Shown: positions 30,290 through 38,929, counted from the first letter of the stretch. The stretch: DNA of 64,000 nt from an uncultured Hyphomonadaceae bacterium (GCA_964351655.1 CAYGPD010000007.1:2035-66034); one strand, 5' to 3'. Made by a program: numbers and translations. The notes: generated by a model not told the origin, from the sequence alone.

Positions 30290-31252
30290 TTACTTACTTT
30301 TTAGATCTTTCACATTTTCAAGCAACGGATTGATACGTTTTTGAAAATCAAATTGATCGGTGATCGTTGAATGCTCAGCCTTCTTGAACTCAAGATAATT
30401 GACATCTAAGTCACGCTTTTTCAGCGCCTTGTGCAGTGAACGCGCAAGACCTACAGGCAGGGTCTCATCCTTCTTTGCACCCAGAACAATGATTGGCCCA
30501 TCAAAGTGTGCAAGCGCACGCGCATTATCGTAATCATTTAGGCTATCTTTGATATCCACACCAACAAACGGCAAATACCAAGGCGTCCACGCTTCTGCGA
30601 CTTCTTTCACATTCAATGCTGTCGCTTCCAACACCACGGCATCTGTTTCACGCGCTGTACGCGCTAATTCTGAACACACAAACCCGCCCAAAGAATGCCC
30701 CCACATTATAACAGGACGGTCAGCGCCAAGCTCATCAACATTATCAGAGACTAAAAGCTGCATATCATGCATGCTTTGTGTCGTCGCTATACCGCCAGAA
30801 TCTCCATAACCTGGATAATCAAACAGAAGAACATCGCCCCACATAAAGCTTTTTTTCGCAGCCCATACACCATCTCGAATGCGATCGGATGCATTGCCAA
30901 AGCAATTTACAATAATGGGACGTTTAGCTTTTGTTTCTGCGCTCGTGACAGAACTTACCAAAGTCCATGCAATGCGACTATCACCCTCTCCCCAGAAGCC
31001 ATGCGTAAGGGTAGCTGGCATATGGGAAGCATACCCCCTCGCCTCTACCAACTCATCAGCTGAGGGCTGAATGAGGCTATCTTCATCCTCTAAGCGCATT
31101 TGGGATGCATCTTCAGCCGGTTTTTCAATTGGTCGAGGTTTAAAGACAACAGACTCGTCTATTTCCTTCTCAAAACAACCCGTTAGAAAAACTGAAAGCC
31201 CCAACATACTCACCAGAGCAAGCTTATTGGCAATAGTGTGTCTCAACGTCAT
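30290..31252 (-). CDS. alpha/beta hydrolase lipoprotein (paralog B)
   Basis: 320-aa ORF with lipobox FLTGC, FDYPGYGDSGG and GHSLGGF. Confidence 0.8.
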   Translation of the reverse strand: MTLRHTIANKLALVSMLGLSVFLTGCFEKEIDESVVFKPRPIEKPAEDASQMRLEDEDSLIQPSADELVEARGYASHMPATLTHGFWGEGDSRIAWTLVSSVTSAETKAKRPIIVNCFGNASDRIRDGVWAAKKSFMWGDVLLFDYPGYGDSGGIATTQSMHDMQLLVSDNVDELGADRPVIMWGHSLGGFVCSELARTARETDAVVLEATALNVKEVAEAWTPWYLPFVGVDIKDSLNDYDNARALAHFDGPIIVLGAKKDETLPVGLARSLHKALKKRDLDVNYLEFKKAEHSTITDQFDFQKRINPLLENVKDLKSK

Positions 31253-31317
31253 GAAGTCTTCCCCGCGAGAATCAGAAAATAGCGTTCTAAATTACCCTAC
31301 TACATTTTTGCAGCCGA

Positions 31318-32703
31318 TTATGCACGACGCCATGTCGACCCTTGTGCATTATCCATAATTTCAATGCCTTCAGCCACCAATTGGTTCCGAATCCGATCAG
31401 CTTCTGCCCAATCCTTGTTCGCACGCGCATCCAAGCGCGCCTGAACTAACGCATCAATACGCGCTGCATCATCACTATCATCGCCTTTTTCCCACTCTTC
31501 AGGCGTTAACTGTAACAAGCCCAACATGTCTCCTGCGAAGATGAGGTCAGCACGTGCCTGAGCCATAGCTTCTTGGTCTCCAGCATCTGCTGCTCTATTG
31601 GCTTCTCCTGAGAGACGCGACATTTCTGCTAACGCTTGAGGGGTATTAAGATCGTCACATAGCGCTTCAAGAACACCAATATCTTCTACCTCTAGATCAG
31701 CAAAATCCCAGACGCGGCGCAAAGCCCCATAAGCGCGATCCAAAGTCGCTTTACACTGGTCCAGCAAGGCTTGCGTCCAGTCGAGAGGTTGACGATATTG
31801 CGCCGATAGCAAAGCCATACGCAGCACTTCACCATGCGTCGTTTTCAGCATCTCGTGCGGCAGCTTCACATTCCCAATGCTTTTAGACATTTTTTCCGAT
31901 TCAATATCGAGAAATCCATTGTGCAGCCAATAGTTCGCCATTGGCTCCCCATGGGCACATTCAGATTGTGCGATCTCGTTTTCATGGTGGGGAAATTGAA
32001 GGTCTATCCCACCGCCGTGAATATCAATTGTTTTGCCTAAAACAGCCGCAATCATCGCCGAACACTCGATGTGCCAACCAGGACGACCTCTTCCCCATGG
32101 GCTATCCCAAATCGCATCTTCTGGCTCACCCGGCTTTGCTACTTTCCAGAGCGCGAAATCGGCCTGATCACGTTTCTCATCCGAAGTATCAACACGTGCG
32201 CCCGCGAGCATATCGTCAAGATTTCGTCCTGATAGTTTTCCATATTCATCCATAGACTTCACATGGAACCATAAACCCGATTTCGTTCTGTATGCATATT
32301 TCTTGCGCTCCAGCTTTTCCATCATCTCAATCATTTGCGGAATGTGAGATACAGCCGTTGGTCGGAAATTAGGTTCAAGAATATTTAGCGCTGCGGAATC
32401 TTCCAGATAAGCCTGTGTATATTTCTCAGTAATCGCAGAAATAGGTTCACCAGTTTCGTTTGAAGCCGCGATTATCTTATCATCAACATCTGTAAGATTG
32501 GACGCATAGAGAACGGCCTCATCCCCGTAACGCGAGCGCAAAAGGCGATATAAGACATCAAACGCAACAGGAGGACGAAAATTCCCAATATGTGCGTAGG
32601 AATACACTGTGGGTCCACACACATACATTGTCACCCGCTTTTCGTCCTGAGGTACAAACACCTCTTTTTTGCGCGTCAGTGAGTTTGTAAGTTTGATTTC
32701 CAC
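31318..32703 (-). CDS. cysS: cysteine--tRNA ligase
   Basis: 461-aa ORF with HIGN (HIGH) motif, KMSKS and CGPTVY. Confidence 0.97.
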   Translation of the reverse strand: MEIKLTNSLTRKKEVFVPQDEKRVTMYVCGPTVYSYAHIGNFRPPVAFDVLYRLLRSRYGDEAVLYASNLTDVDDKIIAASNETGEPISAITEKYTQAYLEDSAALNILEPNFRPTAVSHIPQMIEMMEKLERKKYAYRTKSGLWFHVKSMDEYGKLSGRNLDDMLAGARVDTSDEKRDQADFALWKVAKPGEPEDAIWDSPWGRGRPGWHIECSAMIAAVLGKTIDIHGGGIDLQFPHHENEIAQSECAHGEPMANYWLHNGFLDIESEKMSKSIGNVKLPHEMLKTTHGEVLRMALLSAQYRQPLDWTQALLDQCKATLDRAYGALRRVWDFADLEVEDIGVLEALCDDLNTPQALAEMSRLSGEANRAADAGDQEAMAQARADLIFAGDMLGLLQLTPEEWEKGDDSDDAARIDALVQARLDARANKDWAEADRIRNQLVAEGIEIMDNAQGSTWRRA

Positions 32704-33047
32704 GAGTCTTATCTTCCTAATTTAAAAATTATCTGAACACCTTCTAGCCGATTGCACGCGTACCACAACCACAATCAGTTTGCGTTCCTCAAAATCAGCT
32801 TATGTTTCCTGTTTAATTGCGACATTTACGCCCTAGAGAGTATATTTTCACCTTGTAGCCATGTGAATCACGCGACTGTCACGGTGATCCAATTTGACAA
32901 TCTTGATTTGAAGACTATCTCTACAGCTCACCCTGAGGGGAATATTTTCGGGCGGGCGTTAAGTCCGGGCTTTGGCAAATGAACACACTTTATGCCAATT
33001 GAGCCCCGGCTCGACCCCCGTCCCTCAGACATGGAAAGGTCCATCAA

Positions 33048-33662
33048 GTGGACGCTATAGTAAAAGATGGTGCTGTGACGCGCGATACAGATGATAAGCG
33101 CCCTACGCGCGAAGAGGCTGAAAAAGCTGTAAAAACTCTATTAGCATGGGCTGGGGATGATCCAGAACGTGAAGGCCTATTAGATACACCTAAGCGCGTT
33201 GTTAAAGCGTATGAAGAGTGGTTCTCCGGTTATCGCGAAGACCCTGTAAAATACCTATCAAGGACTTTTGAAGACGTGCAAGGCTATGATGACATTGTAA
33301 TGCTTCGCGACATTGATGTCGAAAGCCACTGCGAACACCACATGGCACCATTTATGGGTAAGGCTTATGTTGCGTACATGCCAACAGATTCAGTTGTTGG
33401 TATTTCCAAACTTGCACGCGTTGTTGAAATTTACGCTAAGCGTTTGCAAACCCAAGAAACAATGACGTCGCAAATTTGTGATGCAATCAATGAAAGCCTA
33501 AAGCCTGCTGGGGTTGCGGTAATGATTGATGCTGTTCACCAATGTATGACGACACGCGGTGTTCACCACCCGAACGTCTCTACGATTACCACCCAATTTA
33601 CGGGCGTCTTCAAAACAGACAAAGACCTACGTGACCGCTTCCTTCGTCTTAGCGAGCGCTGA
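33048..33662 (+). CDS. folE: GTP cyclohydrolase I
   Basis: 204-aa ORF with EGLLDTPKRVVKAY, SHCEHHMAPF and QERLT-like QETMT motifs. GTG start with GGAAAGG 8 nt upstream. Confidence 0.93.
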   Translation: MDAIVKDGAVTRDTDDKRPTREEAEKAVKTLLAWAGDDPEREGLLDTPKRVVKAYEEWFSGYREDPVKYLSRTFEDVQGYDDIVMLRDIDVESHCEHHMAPFMGKAYVAYMPTDSVVGISKLARVVEIYAKRLQTQETMTSQICDAINESLKPAGVAVMIDAVHQCMTTRGVHHPNVSTITTQFTGVFKTDKDLRDRFLRLSER

Positions 33663-33683
33663 TTTAATTTAAAATCGAAATCT

Positions 33684-33723
33684 AAAAAGTCCCGACCGCG
33701 AGAGCAGTTCGGGACTTTTTTAT
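33684..33723. terminator. bidirectional intrinsic terminator between folE and the XRE gene
   Basis: aaaaagtcccga...tcgggactttttt: an 8-bp GC-rich stem flanked by an A-tract and a T-tract, sitting between convergent genes. Confidence 0.7.
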
Positions 33724-33733
33724 TGTCGCTTAT

Positions 33734-33946
33734 CTAATCCGTCCACACAAAAACATCTGTTATGCCAACGCCTAAAGCATGCGAAATTTTAAACGCAGCC
33801 TCCAGCGAAGGCGAATATTTCCCCTTTTCTATGGCAACGATGGTTTGACGCGTCATACCTATCGCATCCGCCAGTTCTTGCTGGGTTATCTTCTTTTCTT
33901 TGCGTAACTCTAAGATCGCGTTAGAAAATGGAAGGGCTTTTGCCAT
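33734..33946 (-). CDS. XRE-family HTH transcriptional regulator (70 aa)
   Basis: ITQQELADAIGMTRQTIVAIEKGKYSPSLEAAFKISHALG is a textbook HTH_3 domain. Confidence 0.85.
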   Translation of the reverse strand: MAKALPFSNAILELRKEKKITQQELADAIGMTRQTIVAIEKGKYSPSLEAAFKISHALGVGITDVFVWTD

Positions 33947-33960
33947 GTCAGCTCCCCTTC

Positions 33961-34380
33961 TTATAGCCAGTGACGATATTTAGCGATTTGCATTCCATAG
34001 CGCACCAGCTCGCCGACAACGACAGCCAAAATAACCCAATTTCCAACCTCAACTCCATTGGCACCTCTAAACGCTGTTGCCGCTGCTAATAGCGCTCCGG
34101 CAATAGCGATATTCCCGCCTAAAGCACCAGCTTTCGCAGCTATAAGCACATCACGTTCATCACATTGAGCATCTGCATCTTTGGGGGACGAAACCGCCGC
34201 AATTATATGCCCCACAATCATTACGACCACGATTGAGACCATTAATCCCATTTGAGTCATCATAAACGCATCACCCGATGTCGTGTCTCGAATGCGAAAA
34301 CCTGAATCTACAAAATAATAACCATACACCGCCAGTAAGCCGATCATACAGACCCACGCACTCTTCTCTCTAAAAGACAT
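33961..34380 (-). CDS. small membrane protein paired with the XRE regulator (DUF2178-like)
   Basis: 139-aa ORF with 4 TM helices, 14 nt upstream of the XRE gene on the same strand. This pairing is a widespread two-gene module, as I recall it. Confidence 0.7.
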   Translation of the reverse strand: MSFREKSAWVCMIGLLAVYGYYFVDSGFRIRDTTSGDAFMMTQMGLMVSIVVVMIVGHIIAAVSSPKDADAQCDERDVLIAAKAGALGGNIAIAGALLAAATAFRGANGVEVGNWVILAVVVGELVRYGMQIAKYRHWL

Positions 34381-34521
34381 TTCTCGCTCCAGATGTAAAA
34401 AATAATATACACCAACATATGTCTAATATATTTTACATGTCAAATATTATTTACACAAAATGTCTACTATTTTTTACTTTCACTCTCTAGCGAGAGGCGA
34501 CTATTCCCTTTAAAAGGCTGT

Positions 34522-34944
34522 ATGACCGATACACAAAACACAGATATTTTCTCTTCCCCGCTTTCTGGTAAAGCGCAAGATGAAACGACATCACTTCGCC
34601 CACGCTTTAACGAGGACGGATTGGTCGCGGCGATCGCACAGGATGCTAAATCTGGTGAGATTTTGATGCTGGCATGGATGAATGCTGAAGCACTAAAACT
34701 CACCATCGAGGGCGGACGCGCAGTATATTGGTCGCGTTCACGTCAAGAACTATGGCGAAAAGGCGATACATCTGGCGCATATCAGCATGTTGAAGCGATT
34801 TTCACAGACTGTGACCAAGATGCCATTTTGCTCAAAGTGCACCAAACTGATGGTGCATGTCACACGGGCCGCGTGTCTTGTTTTTATCGCCAAGTAACTG
34901 ACGTAGCGACACTTAAATCGACTTCCGATAGGCCCACACCATAG
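34522..34944 (+). CDS. hisI: phosphoribosyl-AMP cyclohydrolase
   Basis: 140-aa ORF with [35 protein letters not shown] and [10 protein letters not shown] motifs. Confidence 0.92.
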   Translation: MTDTQNTDIFSSPLSGKAQDETTSLRPRFNEDGLVAAIAQDAKSGEILMLAWMNAEALKLTIEGGRAVYWSRSRQELWRKGDTSGAYQHVEAIFTDCDQDAILLKVHQTDGACHTGRVSCFYRQVTDVATLKSTSDRPTP

Positions 34945-35143
34945 CGTCTCGGCAATCAGTATCAGGCTCGTATCTGGTATCCATCGTCTCTTTTCCTGCT
35001 TGTCGCCGTTTCAAAGCCATGTAAAATGGCTCAAACACATTATGGTTAAGCAAAAATGCCATATATGATGCAAGCAAAACTCATATTTGCGTCGAACTCA
35101 GGGGATGGTTTTGATGTCAGGTCCAAGCGTTTACGAAAGAACA

Positions 35144-36289
35144 ATGAACCACATCTTCTCGTGGGAAGGTGGCTATGTCGATCACCCCAACGACCCGGGC
35201 GGTGCAACAAACTTCGGTATAACACGCAAAGTTCTCGCTGAATGGCGCGGCCAACCCTCCTTACCCAAGCAAGCTGTGAAAGACCTCACAATCCAGGAAG
35301 CTGCCGAAATCTACCGCGTGAACTACTGGAACAAAATTATGGGGGATGAACTCCCCCCTTCCCTTGCACTTCTTATGATGGATGCAGCGGTAAATTCCGG
35401 ACCGGGAACAGCTGTAAAGACGCTCCAACGTGCGATAAGTTCTCTTGGTAAGAATATAGCGGTAGACGGCGCAATCGGTCCCAACACGCTTCGCGCAGCT
35501 CGCAGTATAGACGAAGAAAAACTACTCAATGAATTTGTCGTTCGACGCGGCGTTTTTTACGGCAGTTTGCGAACTTTCACGACATTTGGTTTAGGCTGGG
35601 CAAGACGTTTAGTTTCAGGCGCACGTGCTGCCAACACGATTTTGACAGAAGCTCGCAACACCCTAGCTATTCCACCAGAACCAGCTCCTTCTACAGAAGC
35701 AGATGATAAAAGCACAGAACTTCTCCTTGCCCCTGTCTCTTCTTTACCTGCAAATATTTCTCTTAAACGCCACTTCTTCGACGAACGTGGCATCCAAGTC
35801 TATGGAAGCTTCTTCCAATGCTGGGGCGGATGGATCACAGCTGGGCATGTCATTCAGCAGATGTTACGAACCTCCCCCCCATTCGCAGATGGTCAACAAA
35901 TCCTCTATCCGGGCCAAATGGATGCAGCACTCATGGGCTGCAAAGTCCCTGACCAACAACCTACCAAACCTGAAATCGGCCAACAAATCATCGTCGCAGG
36001 TTATCCCGCCGGCTCTAGCACACCGTCCTTGCGAGAAGGTGAAGTCTATATGCAGCGCCCGCAAACCACAGACTGGATAGCCACCATATCCAATCCCTCA
36101 GAGCCAGTGGTTGTGGGAATGTCGGGCGGTGTTGTCTATGATGCAGCGACTAAAGAGATTGTCGGCATTCTTATTACCCGCAACTCTCCTGCTGATCTTG
36201 ATGCAGACGGAATAGCAGATCAGAACTTCGATTTTGTTGCCTTGTACGATATTTGGAACCAGCTTCGCACCTTCCCGCCTATCGCTTAA
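35144..36289 (+). CDS. GH108-type muramidase + peptidoglycan-binding domain + chymotrypsin-fold serine protease fusion
   Basis: N-terminus IFSWEGGYVDHPNDPGGATNFGIT (GH108), then DGAIGPNTL (PG_binding_3-like). The C-terminal approx. 170 aa carry the TAGHV / MDAAL / GMSGG triad pattern. Alternative starts at 35087 and 35105. Confidence 0.8.
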   Translation: MNHIFSWEGGYVDHPNDPGGATNFGITRKVLAEWRGQPSLPKQAVKDLTIQEAAEIYRVNYWNKIMGDELPPSLALLMMDAAVNSGPGTAVKTLQRAISSLGKNIAVDGAIGPNTLRAARSIDEEKLLNEFVVRRGVFYGSLRTFTTFGLGWARRLVSGARAANTILTEARNTLAIPPEPAPSTEADDKSTELLLAPVSSLPANISLKRHFFDERGIQVYGSFFQCWGGWITAGHVIQQMLRTSPPFADGQQILYPGQMDAALMGCKVPDQQPTKPEIGQQIIVAGYPAGSSTPSLREGEVYMQRPQTTDWIATISNPSEPVVVGMSGGVVYDAATKEIVGILITRNSPADLDADGIADQNFDFVALYDIWNQLRTFPPIA

Positions 36290-36347
36290 ACGCTTCGTTT
36301 TTAAGATAGCCAACGCAGAAACTGTGTAATTTATTTTCACCGGAGGT

Positions 36348-37514
36348 TTGACAAGTTCGCACTTGCGCTGCACTCGTCATTTCATGACACATGAAAACGA
36401 TCTAAACTCACCTTCTCATCAACGCTCAAACACCGATCCAGCATCGCGTGCAGAATCTGTTGTTATCACTGCGCCCAATGAATTTGCAGGCGAACGATTA
36501 GATAAATGGTTGCCGATTGCGCTGCCAGAACTATCACGTTCACGCGCCAAAGCCGTGATTGAAGCGGGAGATGTATTGTTAAATGATGTGGCAATCACAA
36601 GCGCTAAACACAAAGTAGTCGGCGACGGCCGCTATGTCATTCTCATGCCGCCCCCTTTGGATGCTGAACCGCTTCCTGAAGATATCCCGTTGGACGTTTT
36701 GTTTGAAGATGAACACCTCATCATTATCAACAAGCCAGTCGGCCTCGTAGTCCACCCTGCACCGGGTGCCAGCACAGGCACATTAGTCAACGCACTCCTT
36801 CACCATTGCGCCGGGCAGCTTTCTGGAATTGGTGGTGTTGCACGCCCTGGAATTGTGCACCGATTGGACAAAGATACTTCTGGCGTCATGGTTGCTGCAA
36901 AAACAGAATACGCTCACACAGGGCTATCTTCTCTCTTTCAAGCACACTTTATGGAACGCGCCTATCTTGCAGTAACACGCGGCGCGCCACGTCCGCTTGT
37001 GGGCCGTATTGAAAACAGAATTGCAAGATCGACAACAGACCGCAAGAAAATGGCTGTTGTTAGAGAAGCCCACTTTGCAGCCTCTGCGGAATGGCATGGC
37101 GAATCTGAGGACGACTATGAACAAAAAGGCAAACATGCGATCACAAACTATAAAGTGCTTGAGCAATTTGGTCGCGTAGATGCCACATCCGGACTACCAG
37201 CCGCAACCCTGACTGAATGCAGGCTCGAAACAGGCCGCACCCACCAGATCCGCGTTCACATGGCACATATTGGTGCTCCTCTGATTGGGGATCAAACATA
37301 TGGTCGCTATCGCGGCCTCAAAGCATATGGCTCAGGACCAACATTTGATGCGACTGCTGAGGTTTGCAAAAACTTCAAACGCCAAGCCTTGCACGCAGCT
37401 ATACTGGGGTTTGAACACCCTGTGACGGGTGAGAACATGCGTTTTGAAACGCCGCCTCCGCAAGATATGCTCGATTTACTTGATGCATTGCGCCAATTAC
37501 CGGGCAAAAACTAA
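36348..37514 (+). CDS. rluD: 23S rRNA pseudouridine synthase (RluD-like, S4 domain + RluA family)
   Basis: S4-like ERLDKWL..., HRLDKDTSGVMV and GRTHQIRVH. Start is uncertain (TTG 36348 or ATG 36384). Confidence 0.88.
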   Translation: MTSSHLRCTRHFMTHENDLNSPSHQRSNTDPASRAESVVITAPNEFAGERLDKWLPIALPELSRSRAKAVIEAGDVLLNDVAITSAKHKVVGDGRYVILMPPPLDAEPLPEDIPLDVLFEDEHLIIINKPVGLVVHPAPGASTGTLVNALLHHCAGQLSGIGGVARPGIVHRLDKDTSGVMVAAKTEYAHTGLSSLFQAHFMERAYLAVTRGAPRPLVGRIENRIARSTTDRKKMAVVREAHFAASAEWHGESEDDYEQKGKHAITNYKVLEQFGRVDATSGLPAATLTECRLETGRTHQIRVHMAHIGAPLIGDQTYGRYRGLKAYGSGPTFDATAEVCKNFKRQALHAAILGFEHPVTGENMRFETPPPQDMLDLLDALRQLPGKN

Positions 37515-37544
37515 CCTCGCATAAACAGGTTCTCGGACTAAAAA

Positions 37545-37596
37545 TAACAAAAAAAACGATTTTTGGGTTGATCACAAATTGTTGATCAACCCAAAA
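37545..37596 (-). terminator. orphan intrinsic terminator oriented on the minus strand
   Basis: Perfect 14-bp arms ttttgggttgatca (37561-37574) and tgatcaacccaaaa (37583-37596). On the minus strand the hairpin is followed by tcgttttttttgttatttt. On the plus strand no T-tract follows. Confidence 0.45.
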
Positions 37597-37978
37597 TCAT
37601 ACTATGTCTCCACTGAGACAATCTATTCTATTTTAGAATAATCATTCTAATTTGAGATATATTCCAATCCCCGTTAAAAATTCTAATTTTTGCCGCAAAT
37701 CCAATATAAACATATATTAAATCAGCCTCTTATAAGTCGCTGAAAACGACCTATGTATAATCTATATGCAACTATAACAGGCGTGTAACGTCTATTCAGA
37801 AAGGTGACACTTGATTGCTAACTCCAATCAGCTATCTCACCCATTATTCACGTAGCTTATGGAACATATAGGCAATATCGGGGCAGACGAGTTTTAAAAA
37901 CTTCTGCATGTTGACCCCATACAAGGTTCGCAGATGAGCTTTACCTCTCATCAGATGAAAAAAACACGGAGGCCGACC

Positions 37979-38866
37979 ATGGCGCAATTATCAACTTCTA
38001 TCGCGCTTTCACCCGAGCAAGGGCTATCGCGCTACCTGACAGAAATTCGTAAATATCCACTTCTTGAAAAAGAACAGGAATTTATGCTTGCCAACCGCTG
38101 GCGCGACCATGAAGACACTGATGCCGCTGAGCAAATGGTAACCTCTCACCTGCGCCTCGTGGCAAAAATTGCAATGGGATATCGTGGATATGGCCTTCCA
38201 ATTGGTGAAGTTATTTCCGAAGGCAATGTCGGCTTGATGCAAGCTGTCAAAAAATTCGATCCAGATAAAGGTTTCCGTCTTGCCACATACGCAATGTGGT
38301 GGATACGCGCCTCTATCCAAGAATACATCCTCCGTTCATGGAGCCTTGTAAAACTTGGAACGACAGCAGCTCAAAAGAAACTTTTCTTCAACTTACGCCG
38401 CATCAAAGGTGAAATCCAAGCGCTTGAAGAAGGTGACCTTCGCCCTGAAAACGTGACAGAAATCGCAACACGATTAAACGTGACAGAAGATGAAGTTATC
38501 TCCATGAACCGCCGTATGACAGGTGGTGATGCATCTCTAAACGCCCCAATTGGCGGTGCTGATGGTGATGGCGAATGGATGGACTGGCTTTCAGATGACA
38601 GCCAGCAGGATCAAGCTGAGGAGTATGAGCAAAACGATGAATACTCCTCCCGTATGGAATTGCTTGAAATGGCAATGACAAACTTAAATGAGCGCGAAAA
38701 ACACATTATCACTGAACGTCGCCTTAAAGACGAACCTTCAACTTTAGAAGAACTGTCAGTGGTTTATAACGTTTCCCGCGAGCGTATCCGCCAGATTGAA
38801 GTACGTGCCTTTGAAAAACTTCAAAACGCAATGCGTGAAGCTGCTGAAGAAAAAGGTATCCTTTAA
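37979..38866 (+). CDS. rpoH: RNA polymerase sigma-32 (heat-shock sigma factor)
   Basis: YLTEIRKYPLL, region 2 and the RpoH box QKKLFFNLRR. ATG at 37979 with GGAGG 6 nt upstream, preferred over the ORF-track start at 37934. Confidence 0.93.
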   Translation: MAQLSTSIALSPEQGLSRYLTEIRKYPLLEKEQEFMLANRWRDHEDTDAAEQMVTSHLRLVAKIAMGYRGYGLPIGEVISEGNVGLMQAVKKFDPDKGFRLATYAMWWIRASIQEYILRSWSLVKLGTTAAQKKLFFNLRRIKGEIQALEEGDLRPENVTEIATRLNVTEDEVISMNRRMTGGDASLNAPIGGADGDGEWMDWLSDDSQQDQAEEYEQNDEYSSRMELLEMAMTNLNEREKHIITERRLKDEPSTLEELSVVYNVSRERIRQIEVRAFEKLQNAMREAAEEKGIL

Positions 38867-38887
38867 ACAAAATCCCCCCGCGACCCC

Positions 38888-38929
38888 ATGCGCCCCGATT
38901 TCTTATGAAATCGGGGCGCATTATTTTAT
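38888..38929 (+). terminator. intrinsic terminator after rpoH
   Basis: 15-bp stem atgcgccccgatttc/gaaatcggggcgcat with loop ttat, followed by a T-rich tract. Confidence 0.8.

Noticed and set aside
37741-37790. AT-rich partial palindrome (cctatgtataatctatatgca) considered as a dif/Xer site
   Set aside because: It does not match the XerC/XerD arm consensus (GCGCATAA / TTATGTTAAAT) that I recall. It is probably just promoter-region AT richness.
37810-37846. Sigma-32-type promoter (CTTGAT ... ACCCATTA) upstream of rpoH, plus a CCCCATAC element at about 37914-37921
   Set aside because: The spacing between the candidate -35 and -10 elements is about 23 nt for the first pair, and there is no acceptable -35 for the second. 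This is not supportable without TSS data.
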